Of a stretch of DNA of 64,000 nt, positions 1 through 12,269 are shown piece after piece (positions within the stretch are counted from its first letter, which is position 1; each line of letters opens with the position of its first letter). Where the stretch lies: assembly GCF_006345805.1 (NCBI RefSeq), contig NC_042997.1:43648001-43712000 (forward strand). The letters run 5' to 3'. A program made the position numbers and the translations under genes. The notes under the pieces are model-generated. The model was not told the DNA's origin, made no database searches, and was given only the letters and a program-made list of their open reading frames with translations. The stretch is from Octopus sinensis (taxonomy: Eukaryota).

Positions 1-454
1 ACCCATGTATTGCGGTATAAACCTATTTCTAGTGGCCGTTTGCCTCGCCCTTGGTACTAAAATGTAGGTACACATTCCTGCAGACTATGTTTCGCTCGAT
101 GGGTAAGATCTGTCCCGCACTTCAGCCAAAGTGTCCTTCAGTCCAGTCTTAGTGACCATATGGCAGAGACATATCAATTTTTTCCTTGTCTGTTCTTCGA
201 CGAATTCATCAAACAAAGAGACAGAGTCTCTGATAACACATTTCTGTGCTTTTCCCAATTATCAGTCGTCTTCTGTAGAATACTAACGTGCAAGTTCCAT
301 TGGCCACATTATTTATCTATTTACAATCAACATCTTAAAGAAATTATGAGAAACACGGTAACGAAGTAGAAATAAAATATGTTGCCAAGATAGACTCGAT
401 CTGTTTTCTTTAAATTTTTATTTATTTATCGTATCTTCATTAAGATTCTTTTCT

Positions 455-842
455 ACTCTAGGCACAAGGCCCGACATTTTGGGAGAGGGGGCCAGTCGAT
501 TAGATCAACTCCAGTATGCTATTGGTACTAATTTATCGACCTCGAAAGTATGAAAGGCAAAGTCAACCTCGGCGGAATTTGAACTTATAACGTTCAGACA
601 GACGAAATACCTATTTCTTTACAATCCACAAGGGGCTAAACACAGAGAGGACAAACAAGGACAGACAAACGGATTAAGTCGATTACATCGACCCCAGTGC
701 GTAACTGGTACTTAATTTATCGACCCCGAAGGGATGAAAGGCAAAGTCGACCTCGGCGCAATTTGAACTCAGAACGTAGCGGCAGACGAAATACGGCTAC
801 GCATTTCGCCCGGCGTGCTAACGTTTCTGCCAGCTCGCCGCC
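455..842 (-). mobile_element. Two adjacent copies of tRNA-derived SINE group A (head GGCGGCGAGCTGGCAGAA; body GTCGACTTTGCCTTTCATCCTTTCGGGGTCGATAAATTAAGTACCAG)
   Basis: Reverse complement matches copies at 14612-15600 and 32177-32340; Pol III-like head ends at 842. Confidence 0.85.
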
Positions 843-1004
843 TGGTATCTTCAGTAAGATTCAAATTAAGATTAGTTACGGATGACCAGGTAGCGGTATT
901 TAGTTTCATCCATTTATATTGTGTGTAGAAATTCCACCGGAGACATTTTGTCTATGAATCCTCTAGAGTCCTTTCACAAAGAATATATATATATATATAA
1001 AACT

Positions 1005-1500
1005 TTGATAGGTTTCGGCCGGTATAGGCCCAGGCCATGTTTAACTCAATAGCACCACCTGGTGAAGTATTTTAGTCATATATGGGGCACTGTGGCCCAC
1101 TCTAGCAAAACGTTATTATTGTTGGAGACATATCTGGGTGTAGGAGGTTGGTCCGGGATTTTTTGTCCAGTGAACATTTGAATTTAATGAGATTCGTTTC
1201 CTTTTTGATGTATTTTGGTATGGCATTAAAGAGAGCTGGAGCGGTTCAGGTAAAGTAATTGTGACGTAATGTTGCTATGTGTACCGAGTTCGATTTTTGT
1301 AGTAGGCGGGTAGCACGGGGGCCAACGGTAATGTATATTACTGGAGTCGTTTTAACTGAACGTCTCCGAAATTCGTGGTCGCATGCAAATATTAGAAATC
1401 AATGATTTTGTAACGGGCGGGTAGCCAGGAAAGTATAATAGAGTGGTTTCCCTTGACTCGCTTGCCAGCACGAAGATCAACATTTTACTGGGTGAATCTT
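1005..1500 (-). mobile_element. Decayed 3' end of a Crack/CR1-group LINE
   Basis: Minus-strand translation gives ALFNAIPKYIKKETNLIKFKCSLDKKIPDQPPTPRYVSNNNNVLLEWATVPH, homologous to 46816-47305; shared 3' UTR GGTGGTGCTATT...GGCCTG...CCGAAAC. Confidence 0.75.
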
Positions 1501-1929
1501 CGAAAGTTACGTTGTTTCTGTTTCTTTCAAAGTCAGTGTGACCAAGTAACTAAAATTAAGGGTTGAAATAGAGCCACAGACTTTGCTTACCATGGGTCTA
1601 CTTTCTATTCTACAGTAGCCAGACTATATAGACAATTTATAGAAAATATTTCAGGGACCGGAGTGACAGCTTAAGAAGACAACAACGACGACGATAACAA
1701 CAAAACAACATTATTACAAAACAAAAGCTGGTACTTATATTGATAATGCTGATCCGACACAGCGATAATGCTAATAATGAAAAATAATTGACGAAATAAT
1801 GAAGAGATAATAATTCATTATGTTGAGTGACAGAAAGAGCAGCGTGCTCAGACTAAATGCGTCAGAGTATTTAGTAATAATCTATTAAGTTCTTATTTCA
1901 GATCTCATTGTATTAAAATTTTATTTTTC

Positions 1930-2215
1930 ATTCACCCGTGAGTCGATAAAATAAGTACCAGCCATGAGCTGAGAGATCGACTCGGTCGAATCTACATATT
2001 GGCAGAGTCGATAAAGTATCTGACAGAATGCTTCGCAGTATTTGTTTCGACTATCTGCGCTTTGAGTTCAAATCCTATCAAAGTTAAGTTCTCATCTCTC
2101 AGCGTCGATAAAAAAAGGGTATCAATGTAGGGAGGTGGAGTAGCAGAATTGTAAGAACTTTGGACTGGATGCTTTGAGTATTTGCTCCGGCTTTTTACGT
2201 TCTGAATTCAAATCA
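1930..2215 (+). mobile_element. Old, diverged SINE group A fragments
   Basis: GTCGATAAAATAAGTACCAG and TACGTTCTGAATTCAAATC motifs. Confidence 0.55.
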
Positions 2216-2933
2216 CAGCATGGCCGATATGTGTGGTATGTTTAACACCATACCCGGTTTAATACCACCACCTAACACCTCGGGTGCTTTTAGCAGAGTC
2301 CACTGTGTTGCAAACACTTGGACCAGGTTTCCAGTTTGAAGATACCTTCTTACCTCCCACGCATCAGTCTAGGCTTGTAATGTGTCTTGAGAACTGCCTC
2401 CCCTTCTGACTAAAATATAAAGAATGCAACTTGTTAATGTGAGGAGAGAGCCTCTACGACAAGTATTGGCAATCTCTTTCGAGAAGTGGGCCGCATAAGA
2501 CGTGGATCATCATCCGGCGAGCAGCACTACTTGAAAATTTCAAAGTAAATTTCGTTAGGCGTACCATTCAGAAAGTAACGTAGGCCGCAGGTTGCCCGTG
2601 GCTACTTTACGAGCTCCTTTGACTAGCTAGAAATAGCAGCCAACTATCCCTCTCTTCTTCTCTTCCTCTCCCTTTCTCTCCTCTATCACTCACACTCTAC
2701 TCCCCCTCTCTGCTGCTCTCACCCCACTCTTTCTCCCTCTCTCCCCGTCTCTCTTAAATCACAAAGGACATATTGGATTAGCAAACTATATCCGACTGGG
2801 GGTGACCTGAAATTTAAAAAAAACAACAACCAATGTATGAAGAGAGGTGAATATCATGGAATCGATGTTGGTTCCCAAAGAGCCGAATTTGCGATCCAGT
2901 TTTGATTTCTGATGGTAATATTTCACTTCTTTA

Positions 2934-3215
2934 AGGCGGCGAGCCTTGTGTCAAAATTGCTGGCTTTGTGTCAAAATTTGAAATCACTATTTCACTTCAA
3001 TAAGACGGTTAGCTGGCAGAATCGTTAGCGTGCAGGGCAAAATGCTTAGCAGCATTTCGTCCGTCGCTACGTTCTGAGTTCTAATTCTGCCGAGGACTTT
3101 GTCTTTTATCCTTTGGGATCGATAAAATAGGTTCCAGTTGAGCACTGGGGTCGATGTAATCGACTTATCCCACCCTCAAAATTGCTGGCCTTGTGTCAAA
3201 ATTTGAAACCGATAT
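2934..3215 (+). mobile_element. SINE group A, partial plus near-full copy
   Basis: GGCGGCGAGC head; CTGGCAGAATCGTTAGC...TACGTTCTGAGTT...CTGGGGTCGATGTAATCGAC...TTGCTGGCCTTGTGTCAAAATTTGAAA tail. Confidence 0.8.
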
Positions 3216-3280
3216 TTCTCTTCGATAATGTTATTGCTACCACTGGAAAGCACATTAATACACATAAACAGAAGGCTTAA

Positions 3281-3354
3281 ATATACATACATACATACAT
3301 ACATACATACATACATACATACATACATACATACATACATACAAACATATATAC

Positions 3355-3389
<35 letters not shown>

Positions 3390-3745
3390 CATACATACCT
3401 ACATACATACATACTACATACATACATACACACATACATACATACATACATACATACATACATACATACCATACATACATACATACCTACCTACCTACAT
3501 ACATACATACATACATACATACATACATACATACCTACATACATACCTACATACATACCTACATACATACATACATACATACATACATACATACATACAT
3601 ACATACATACATACATACATACATACATACATACATACATACATACATACATACATACATACATACATACATACGTACATACATACATACATACATACAT
3701 ACATACATACACACACACACATACATACATACATACATACATACA
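3281..3745. repeat. (TACA)n microsatellite, ~460 bp
   Basis: Directly visible; explains the YIHT/YVCM ORFs. Confidence 0.98.
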
Positions 3746-4064
3746 ACCCCCTCCCCATACGCGTGTATACATATGTATGGGTGTATATATGTAATGAATT
3801 ACACGGTCGGGAAATAAGGAATGAAGTTTGGTTTATGAGGTTAATGTTGAATTCAAGTTACTCAGATTTGCGATCGGAACGATCCTGCGGTGAGAAGAGC
3901 TTCTTAAATTAATCTGAGAAAATGGTACATAGTAAGAGTGATATGATGTGGCATGCAGTTGCCGAATTCATAGGAGTAAAAGTTTGTGTTGTAGTAACAA
4001 AACATTAGCAAGCAATTGGAGAGAGAGATATTCCTTAATTTTACCAATGTGTTTACCGTTTTAC

Positions 4065-4447
4065 GGAGGCGCAATGGCCCAGTGGTTAGGGCAGCGGACT
4101 CGCGGTCGTAGGATCGTGGTTTCGATTCCCAGACCGGGCGTTGTGAGTGTTTATTGAGCGAAAACACCTTAAAGTTCCACGAGGCTCCGGCAGGGGATGG
4201 TGGTGATCCCTGCTGTACTCTTTCACCACAACTTTCTCTCACTCTTACTTCCTGTTTCTGTTGTACCTGTATTTCAAGGGGCCGGCCTTGTCACTCTCTG
4301 TGTCACGCTGAATATCCCCGAGAACTATGTTAAGGGTACACGTGTCTGTGGAGTGCTCAGCCACTTACACGTTAATTTCACGAGCAGGCTGTTCCGTTGA
4401 TTCGGATCAACCGGAACCCTCATCGTCGTAACCGACGAAGTGCTTCC
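4065..4447 (+). mobile_element. SINE group R (tRNA-Arg-like head, ~380 bp; resembles octopus OR-type SINEs)
   Basis: GGAGGCGCAATGGCCCAGTGGTTAGGGCAGCGGACTCGCGGTCG head with A/B boxes; eight near-identical copies in the window; ~12 bp TSD TTAC(C/T)GTTTTAC. Confidence 0.92.
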
Positions 4448-5074
4448 ACTTACTGTTTTACAGATAAAACTGTCTGGACAGAATCAGCATAAGCTCTAGA
4501 ATATGAACTCGGAGTTTTAGAATCTAGTGTCTTATGGTCATTATGTTATTCATATTAATGATAATGAAATCATCGGGTCCCGTTATTTGATCGTTAATTA
4601 AATCTTTCAGAAACAATGTAGCTAGAAATGTAAGAGTTGTTTCCCTTGCAACACGAACTCTGACTTGCACAGTTTCAATATAAAAATGTTGTCGGTGATT
4701 ATTTTCTCAACGGTTCATGTAAAAGTAGTTAATAAATCTGGCATGATTTTTATCTTTCTTTTACATCGAGAATGTTTTTGTCACGTTGTTAACCCATCTT
4801 TGCACTTGCATTTGTCATATTTCTGGCTAACATGTATCTCAGTTTTTCCACGACTTATATTTGGTCATTTTTCCATGTGTGTCAACTGGTAATCTTCGAT
4901 ATGAGTAATTACGAAACGGAAGAAGATTAGGAAAGAACCAAAAGATGACCTGGAGAATTTTTCGTATCCTACTGCTTTAGAAGTCGTAATGGTGATTTTA
5001 ATTGCAGCACTGCCGTTCACTCTAAGGATTACTGAAAGACGAATGCACACCTCTGAACGAACCTCCACATCTTT

Positions 5075-5455
5075 TCTACAATAGGTGCGAGACCCGAAAT
5101 TCTGAAGAGACGGCTAGTCAGTTGCATCGACTCCAGTGCTCAGTTAGGACTTATTTTATCGACCCCAAAAGAATGAAAGGCAATGTTAACTGCAGTACAA
5201 TTTGAATTCTGAACGTAAAACTGGGGAAAATGCCACTAAGTCGCTTTCGATTTCAAATTTAGGCACAAAGTCTGCAGTTTTGGGGAAAAGGAATTAAGTT
5301 GATTACTTCGACCCCAGTATTTGACAAATATTTTATTTTGTCGATAGGATGAAACACAAAGACGTCAGCGGAGTTTGAATTCAGAGAATAATAATTCGGA
5401 AGACATATCGTAAAGTAAATTTTCCGCCACTCTAATGATTCTGCCAACTCGCCGC
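5075..5455 (-). mobile_element. SINE group A cluster (diverged copies)
   Basis: TTTTATCGACCCCAAAAGAATGAAAGGC and CTAATGATTCTGCCAACTCGCC motifs. Confidence 0.7.
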
Positions 5456-5889
5456 ATTACGAGCTTCGATAATATCAAAGCTCAATATACACAACACTTT
5501 GGTGATGTTCATAGTTTCACGAGAAGTAATTGAAAGGAATTAGATTGATAACATATTTATATACTTTCTTTACGAAAAAGAAACCATTTAATGTTTTTTT
5601 AAAGTAGAGTTTACCATAAAGCCGTGTTGCACGTTTCCACGAGACTTAAACTACAATTGAATAACAAAGGGAGGAATGGATAAATGTTTGGAATGTTGTA
5701 AAGATAAATGAAACCCTAAACTTCAGGTGGGGAACTCGCAGCATTAATCCGCGTTGCAACCTTCTGAAAAAGGGGATCATCATAATGGTGTATATAATTC
5801 TATTTCAATTAAAGTTTTCTTTTTAACTATTTGCGCATTTTAGAAATAACCATATATATATATATATATGATAAAAAGTTGAGTGTGTG

Positions 5890-5921
<32 letters not shown>

Positions 5922-5971
5922 ATTATATTATTATATATATATATATATTATTATATATATATATATTATAT

Positions 5972-6001
<30 letters not shown>

Positions 6002-6003
<2 letters not shown>

Positions 6004-6395
6004 CTTTATATATAAAAGTAAGGTTGTGTGTCTGTCTACTCCGATTTAGATTCCTAACTACTCCAACATTTTGGGGTGCAGTTTAACCCAAACCGGGTAT
6101 TTTATAGTCGTGATTCATATCGAGCCCTTCTGGGTATTAGCGCGCGTCTACGATGAGTCTACGATTTTAAAAAATAATTTACCATCATTTTTTCCATTTT
6201 AATGCATATTTTTTTTAATATAAGGGAAGTAACTCTCTAAAAATGACTACGATGAGTCAACGATTTAAAAAAAATTTACCATCATATTTTTTCCATTTTT
6301 TAATGCATTTTTTGCTATTTATTTACTATAACTCTCTAAAAATGCTTTATAGTTATTTCCCTTACAAACCCGAGCAACGCCGGGCGATACTGCTA

Positions 6396-6397
<2 letters not shown>
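6002..6397 (-). mobile_element. Helentron-associated non-autonomous element (HINE/DINE-1-like), family H1
   Basis: ACTAGCAGTATCGCCCGGCGTTGCTCGGG terminus with hairpin; other end ...ACAGAC...TTATATATA; in a (TA)n tract; near-identical to 38861-39259. Confidence 0.8.
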
Positions 6398-6433
<36 letters not shown>

Positions 6434-6499
6434 AATAGTAAGACCACCAGAGTGAATGGCGGTAGGCTATTTTAACATTGGGGAGTTGCCTCTCTTCTT

Positions 6500-8050
6500 T
6501 GAATCACAGAATACCAATAAGACAAAGCACTTGGTATGGCGGTTTGCATGATTGTTTCCAAAGACTCTTTGTGAGCTTTCTAAAAAATGCAGAAGCCTGT
6601 CTGAAGTGGTTTAGAATCTCCTCATCCTGTGTACATTCACTGGAAATGATACTGGTATCTGAATTTGGAGTGAATGGTTAGTTATTAAAGCTGTACTGAC
6701 AAAACAGACGAACTGAGGGTGGTGCAGTGTGTCATCAACAGATAACTTCAGGGGTTTTTTAATGTTACCTATCAGGCCCGTAGAACCGGAGCTGTGACCT
6801 TTTAAAAGGGAGTATTAGCTCGACCTGGAACGATTACCTGATCCCTGATCTGAGGTGCGCACCATATCAAGTAAGGTTACTCATGTGAAAATTCGGAGGA
6901 ACCTCTTTTTGGTATATTTATTTGTTTAAAAATGAAAATGCGAAAGAATTTAAATCTTCAAAATAGCGAATGACATTTCTTTGCGGTGCTTACGTGAACG
7001 GACAAAAACAGAAGTTTCTCATGATTGGAGAAAGTAAAAACCTTTTGGTATTTTAAAGATATCAAAAGCTTCCTTGAACAATACTGTTCTAATGTAAATG
7101 CATAGATGACTATGTAACGGTTAAAATTGATTTGTATACAATATTATCAATTGTCGGAGTCAGCTGATGTGACGATAAGAGTTATTAAAATGGCAAGTTG
7201 TAAGATGTGTAAGATGATCAATGCATGAATGTTTTAAGGAAGTATTTATTTACCGTTACGTTACAATACCTTGCCTCGACGGGCAGGTTTTGATAAATCC
7301 AAAGCATGCGAAAGTTAGATGCGGTAGAATGTTTGAGTTTGGGTCCTCTTCATTGTTTAGTAGTAAATGCAGAGAGAGAGATAGAATGATGTTGTAAGAG
7401 AACAGAATAAGAGCCAGAGAGAATTGTAGGGTGTGGGACGTTGCTGACAGTAAACTTCATTTCTCCCTCTGACCAAAGTTCTAGCTGGTCAGCCAGACTA
7501 CGTTCTCCCTGAATTGTCACCGAGTGGTGACTAACTGATTTTAGCTTGAAGTATTCTTGCTTTTATAACTATCCAGAAGGCTAGATATATCATTAAGAAC
7601 AATAGATTTAGTTGGTGGTCTTGGTATCTCTATTCTAGCTTTTGGTGAAGTAGAAGAGGTTAGAAGGGTCAAGTGGGGAAGACATTATTTCGGCCTAGCT
7701 AAAGGCATCTGGAAAATGTAAAACTGCTGTCAGAGAAAAACCATTGTTCCATTGTGGGAAAAATTCTGTTGCAGTGTTAATTTAGATTTGGCAATGGTGG
7801 ATAGAATCCACTTCATGCATGCAAAATTCACTACAACTACAGTCATTTTTAGTTATTGAATAAAAACGAAAAATTGCTTTCTTAGCTGACAATTACATGG
7901 TTAGCAGAAAGGATTTTTCTTGATGAAACGACAAAGGAAATTTCTCGCCTTAAAACATTCAGTCGTTAATTCAACCGAGTGACCAAAGTATCATATGAGC
8001 ATTAAAAGGTTTCTATCGAAGAGAAAATTCTACAAGAAATTTATCCGATT
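6500..8050 (+). pseudogene. Decayed pogo/Tigger transposase (CENP-B HTH plus DDE_1), interrupted by a solo LTR
   Basis: Segments KNAEACLKWFR, CGAYVNGQKQKFLMIGESKN, KDIKSFLEQYCSNVNA*MT; after LTR removal MTTVIF, RKIAFLADN, SLIQPSDQSII*ALKGFYRR; many stops and frameshifts. Confidence 0.75.
7113..7835 (-). mobile_element. Solo LTR (~720 bp), probably Gypsy-type
   Basis: TGTA...TACA termini; 4-bp TSD ACTA (7109-7112 / 7836-7839); TATAAAA and AATAAA on minus strand; homologous to 18898-19646. Confidence 0.8.
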
Positions 8051-8134
8051 TCGATGTTATTCGAAACTAGTTGAATATAAATTTTATCGCAAAACTAATT
8101 TCTTCTCTTCTTTTGGTGATACCACGATTTCCCC

Positions 8135-8529
8135 TCATATATGACGCACATCTGCATTGTTTTTCTCAGCTCTGCTGGTTGCGGGTCTCCCAGAACGTTC
8201 GTCAATATCGACATTTTTTCGGCCATCTTGGAATCGTCTGACCCACTCATACACTTGCGTATGGCTCATACACTTTTCTGCAACTTTGAGTAGTCCACTG
8301 AGCAGGTATCGCCATGACAACTATCTCTGTCATGGTCAATCCGACAATCATACGCTACACACGTTTCTTCCAAGCACTACTGTAAAAAGCAGAAGTGAAC
8401 TAGAACGTTAAAACTTACTACGTATGCACAGCAGAGTTCAAGGTCAATCTTTGCCAAGCGGTTTTACTGTGCGTGCTTTAGTTTCGTTTCTATGGCAACA
8501 GTCCGGATACTTATTGATCAGACCTCGTG
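8135..8529 (-). mobile_element. Mariner transposon left end with HTH transposase fragment
   Basis: TIR ACGAGGTCTGATCAATAAGTATCCGGACTG at 8500-8529; CMSHTQVYEWVRRFQDGRKNVDIDERSGRPATS is a mariner N-terminal motif. Confidence 0.85.
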
Positions 8530-8574
8530 TGTATATATACATACATACATATATATATAAATAACAATAGGGTA

Positions 8575-8965
8575 ATAAGAAATTATTATTACCAGTGGCC
8601 TAGCACAAAAACGAATTAGTCATTAGACTATATATCATTGACATAGAAATACAATAAGAGCCTTGTGCTAGAAAGAGCAGTAGAAAACTCAAACCACCAA
8701 ATAAGGATAAATTCTCGAAAGGAATGAAAATTAAAAACGTTTACCATCTCAATTATTTCCCAGACCATGGTTTCTATTTCCAGCAAAAAAAATATTCGCT
8801 GAAGGCCAGTCTTCATCAGTGGGACAGCCTTTAGATTTCAAATATATACACAGCTAGATCCACATGTAAAACTAACTGCCTGTATATCCTAACTTTTCAG
8901 ACCATTGCGCAGACGCAGATTATTTGGTGGTTTGAGTTTTCTACTGCTCTTTCTAGCACAAGGCT
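8575..8965 (-). mobile_element. Penelope-like pseudo-LTR remnant with a 46-bp inverted duplication (8659-8704 / 8920-8965)
   Basis: Contains the hammerhead at 8758-8824; perfect 46-bp inverted repeat; ends in a (TA)n tract. Confidence 0.6.
8758..8824 (-). ncRNA. Type I hammerhead ribozyme, canonical core, irregular stem II
   Basis: Minus strand: TCCCA-CTGATGA-[AGACTGGCCTTCAGC...GCTGGAAATA]-GAAA-CCATGG-TC-TGGGA; stem I 5 bp; palindromic stem III; predicted cleavage 8763/8762. Confidence 0.75.
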
Positions 8966-8992
8966 TTCCTATTTGGAAGCCTCTTATTGTAT

Positions 8993-9905
8993 TAAACACC
9001 CTAATTGACAGACATTACCCAGCTCAACTCATAGAGGATGGGATCAGACGTGCAACAGAAATCAACATAGAAACTTTAAGAAAAGTTCAACACAACAACA
9101 CACCTTCCCCGAAAATACTACCTTACATATCCACATACAACCCCAGAAACAAAGAAGCCTTCACCATCATCACCCAGAATTTACCAATACTTCATAAGGA
9201 CCCCAAATTAAAGGAAATTCTAAACATACACCAAATTATTAAAAGCTACAAACAACCTAAATCACTTAAAAAGATTCTCACAAAGGTAAAATTGTTTTCT
9301 GAAATTACGGATGCAAAAGTAAAAAAATGTGGTAGACCGAACTGTGCAACATGTCCAAACCTCCTCTTCAAAGAGGGACAGAAATTCAAGATCAAATCTA
9401 ATTTTACTTGTGCCTCTGAAAACATAATTTATGTCATAAAATGCTCGGGCTGCCACCAAGACTACGTGGGATCCACGGCACTATCACTCAGACGTAGATG
9501 CACACTGCATCGACAACAGATTGCATTCCTAGAACACAGAATGATACCTTTTAGTGAGCACATTGAGAAATGCGCAAAGCAACTACTACCACAATTTTTA
9601 ATCTTTCCATTTTACCAATGTGCTATCGGAACACCAACACAAATTAGACTAAACAAGGAAACATTCTTCATTGAAAAGTACAAGCCCAGACTTAATCATT
9701 CCAACATACTTATACAGAGAAATTCACCCCAAAGGAAAGGCAAAAAATTTTAAGCGATTATCTCCCTTACACCGGAAGAAATCACTTATTACCTCCCCTT
9801 ATCTAGAACTCTTCTCAACATAAACATAACGATAACTCATCTCAACATAAACATAACGATGTAAGAAATTTGAAAAGCTAAACGCGAAACCGGTCATTTC
9901 TTCTA
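8993..9905 (+). mobile_element. 5'-truncated Penelope-like element: RT thumb, GIY-YIG endonuclease and 3' pLTR
   Basis: HYPAQLIEDGIRRA...ILPYISTYNP; KKCGRPNCATCP; NIIYVIKCSGCHQDYVGST...RCTLHRQQI; ORF stops at 9753. Confidence 0.9.
9863..9902 (+). ncRNA. Degenerate minimal type I hammerhead at the PLE 3' end
   Basis: AAGAAAT-TTGAAAA(for CTGAAGA)-GC TAAAC GC-GAAA-CCGG-TC-ATTTCTT; 7-bp stem I; two core substitutions. Confidence 0.65.
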
Positions 9906-10078
9906 AATTATGTCATTGTAAGAAAAAAATTTATAATATTCTTCAGACATATTGACTCAAATATATATTTTTTAACCTTTTAAAACAAGCCTTCTGTAGT
10001 TTTTTCACTTTTTACTATTTTCTATATATTCAACCACGTGCTTTCACAAACCAACTTTCTCATCTATATATATATATA

Positions 10079-10586
10079 TATATTTGTAAAAAATGAAGTT
10101 CGAAAATGCTGCTGTATTATACAATTTTTAATTTTTATATATATACATTATAACATGTTTCAGTTCCACCCAGCGAACATCCACCATGGGTCATCACATT
10201 TGCTTAAGGTAAAAATGAATTCCTCGCTCTTTCGGAAACATCAATCTTCTGTATTGACCGCTTTCCACCACTTTGATCTGTTTTTTGTATTGAATACGTA
10301 TCGCCACCGTGGGCCACTGCATCGAACACTTTGAACATATACTTCAAACTATATATCAACTATACATGAACTATATATCAACTATACATGAACTCTAAGA
10401 TGTCTGACTCCGTTGTGTATTATAAATGAATTTCTTGTGTTTGACGGCATGAGCTGTCTCTTTTTATATATAACTTTTTTGATAAGGTTCATTTCAGGAA
10501 CTGAAACATGTTATAATGTATATATATATAAATTAAAAATTGTATAATACAGCAGCATTTTCGAACTTTATTTTTTACAAATATAT
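10079..10586. repeat. ~90-bp inverted repeat (10079-10167 / 10497-10586) around a ~330-bp spacer
   Basis: TTTGTAAAAAATGAAGTTCGAAAATGCTGCTG...CATGTTTCAGTTCC and its reverse complement. Confidence 0.85.
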
Positions 10587-10613
10587 ACCTACTCGTATAC
10601 GAGCTAATCCTAT

Positions 10614-10616
<3 letters not shown>

Positions 10617-10679
<63 letters not shown>

Positions 10680-10715
10680 CAGACAGACAGATAGGTAGGT
10701 ATGTAGGTAGGTAGG

Positions 10716-10800
<85 letters not shown>
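10617..10800. repeat. Compound (TA)n/(GACA)n/(GGTA)n/(GATA)n microsatellite
   Basis: Directly visible. Confidence 0.95.
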
Positions 10801-10970
10801 GAGAGTCATATATTCTCCGTAAAGAATACACTTCGTAGTGTTCAAGAGATTTAAACTTAAGCAGATAGAGGAGTAAATGTAAGTTAGGCAAGTCGATAGA
10901 CAAGAAATATTAAATGTATTTGATAGTTTTTGTATATCGACTTGCTTATCCTTACACACACACACACACA

Positions 10971-11002
<32 letters not shown>

Positions 11003-11629
11003 TATGTATATATGTGTGTGCGCGCGCGTGCAGTGAAATCACATGTGGTTCTATGTCGGAGTTACCAATTGTAGCGTACAGATGAGAAGTTACTTGATGT
11101 GGATTCTTGTTTCGCGTTGGGATTGCTATATGTAGATGAAAAAGCAACATCAAAGAGAAAAGAATATTTACAGATTTCATTTGCCGGCAGAGGTCAGCAA
11201 CGCAATAGTAATCGTAGTAAGTGATCATGGCAACACTGTGTGTTGGTCGCGAGTTCTAAGTGTGTGTTGGAAGCTGTGTGTGAAAGCCAAGTTAACGGTC
11301 TTTTGTCAGAGAGGAAGAAAGAGTAAGAATCGCATTGACCCTTTCCATTCGGCCAAAAGATGCTTTCAATTAGCAGGTTGAAAACCGAAGAGAGAAAGTA
11401 AACTTTTCATTCGATTATACAAGGTTTAGCCAGGAAGTTGGTCAAACCTAAAACAAAGGATTGACCTTTCTACGACTACAGTCCCTGAGGTCAGATTATT
11501 CTCATTAATCTTGCAGTATAGAGATAAGACACAAAGGACCAGACATTCGTCTCGCAAGCAACGTGTGTGGATTCGGTTTCGAATTTCAGCTAAACAGAGG
11601 AAAACGATCTCCTACAGACACGCGTGCGC

Positions 11630-11765
11630 GCGCACATCAGTTTTCACACACCAAATCCACTCAAGGGCTGTAGTGGAAGACACTTGCCCAAGGTGACACG
11701 CAGTGAGACTAAACCTGGAACCATCTGGCAGACTTAACCACACAGCCACACACCTGCGCCTACTG
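11630..11765 (-). mobile_element. Head fragment of CORE-type SINE group C
   Basis: CAAATCCACTCAAGG...GAAGACACTTGCCCAAGGTG...ACCACACAGCCAC. Confidence 0.7.
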
Positions 11766-12269
11766 TTAGCTAAGAAACGGTAAACCAGTAAAATTCTAAA
11801 ATATCTTGTTCGGCATCAATAAGAGAAGCTAAGTTTTAAACTGTTCAGGAAACTACACGAATTCTTTCGCAAAGACTTTCTGAGTTCTTCGGGATATTGG
11901 TATGATTCGATTCGATGGCCTCTTTACAATCAATCGCACCATGCGTAAACACTATTCCTGGTGAAGGAATCCATATATGGTATTCACTTTTTGATACACT
12001 ATTTGGCGTTTTGACTGGGTGGAAAGCAACCTATCAGCAATAGCGAGAACCGTTCGGTCTTTAACCTTCAAATAATCCAACAAATAGATTATCATTACTA
12101 TTTCCAAACTCATCATTGTTGAAAGTCATACTTGAACCTGACCTCGATACTTTTTCATCAGAAAATTGTTATTTGAAATGTCATACACGAATGATTTTAT
12201 TGCCGAAAAAACATCTATGTAGAAATTTTTATGTTGCATCTTTACGAGTTGGCATTCTTTCTAGAATAG

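Noticed and set aside
5-108. Signal-peptide-like MYCGINLFLVAVCLALGTK with a GTAGGT donor, or a 35-nt exon 68-102 (VHIPADYVSLDG)
   Set aside because: Mutually overlapping, very short and no recognisable homology; splice signals of this quality arise by chance
3176-3794. Long ORFs of YIHT/YVCM repeats, and similar poly-YI, LSIY and poly-I/M/R ORFs elsewhere
   Set aside because: Translations of microsatellites
4665-5068. Repeat-free stretch with 67-75 aa ORFs on both strands
   Set aside because: No domain motif, no clean splice pair, stops in all continuing frames
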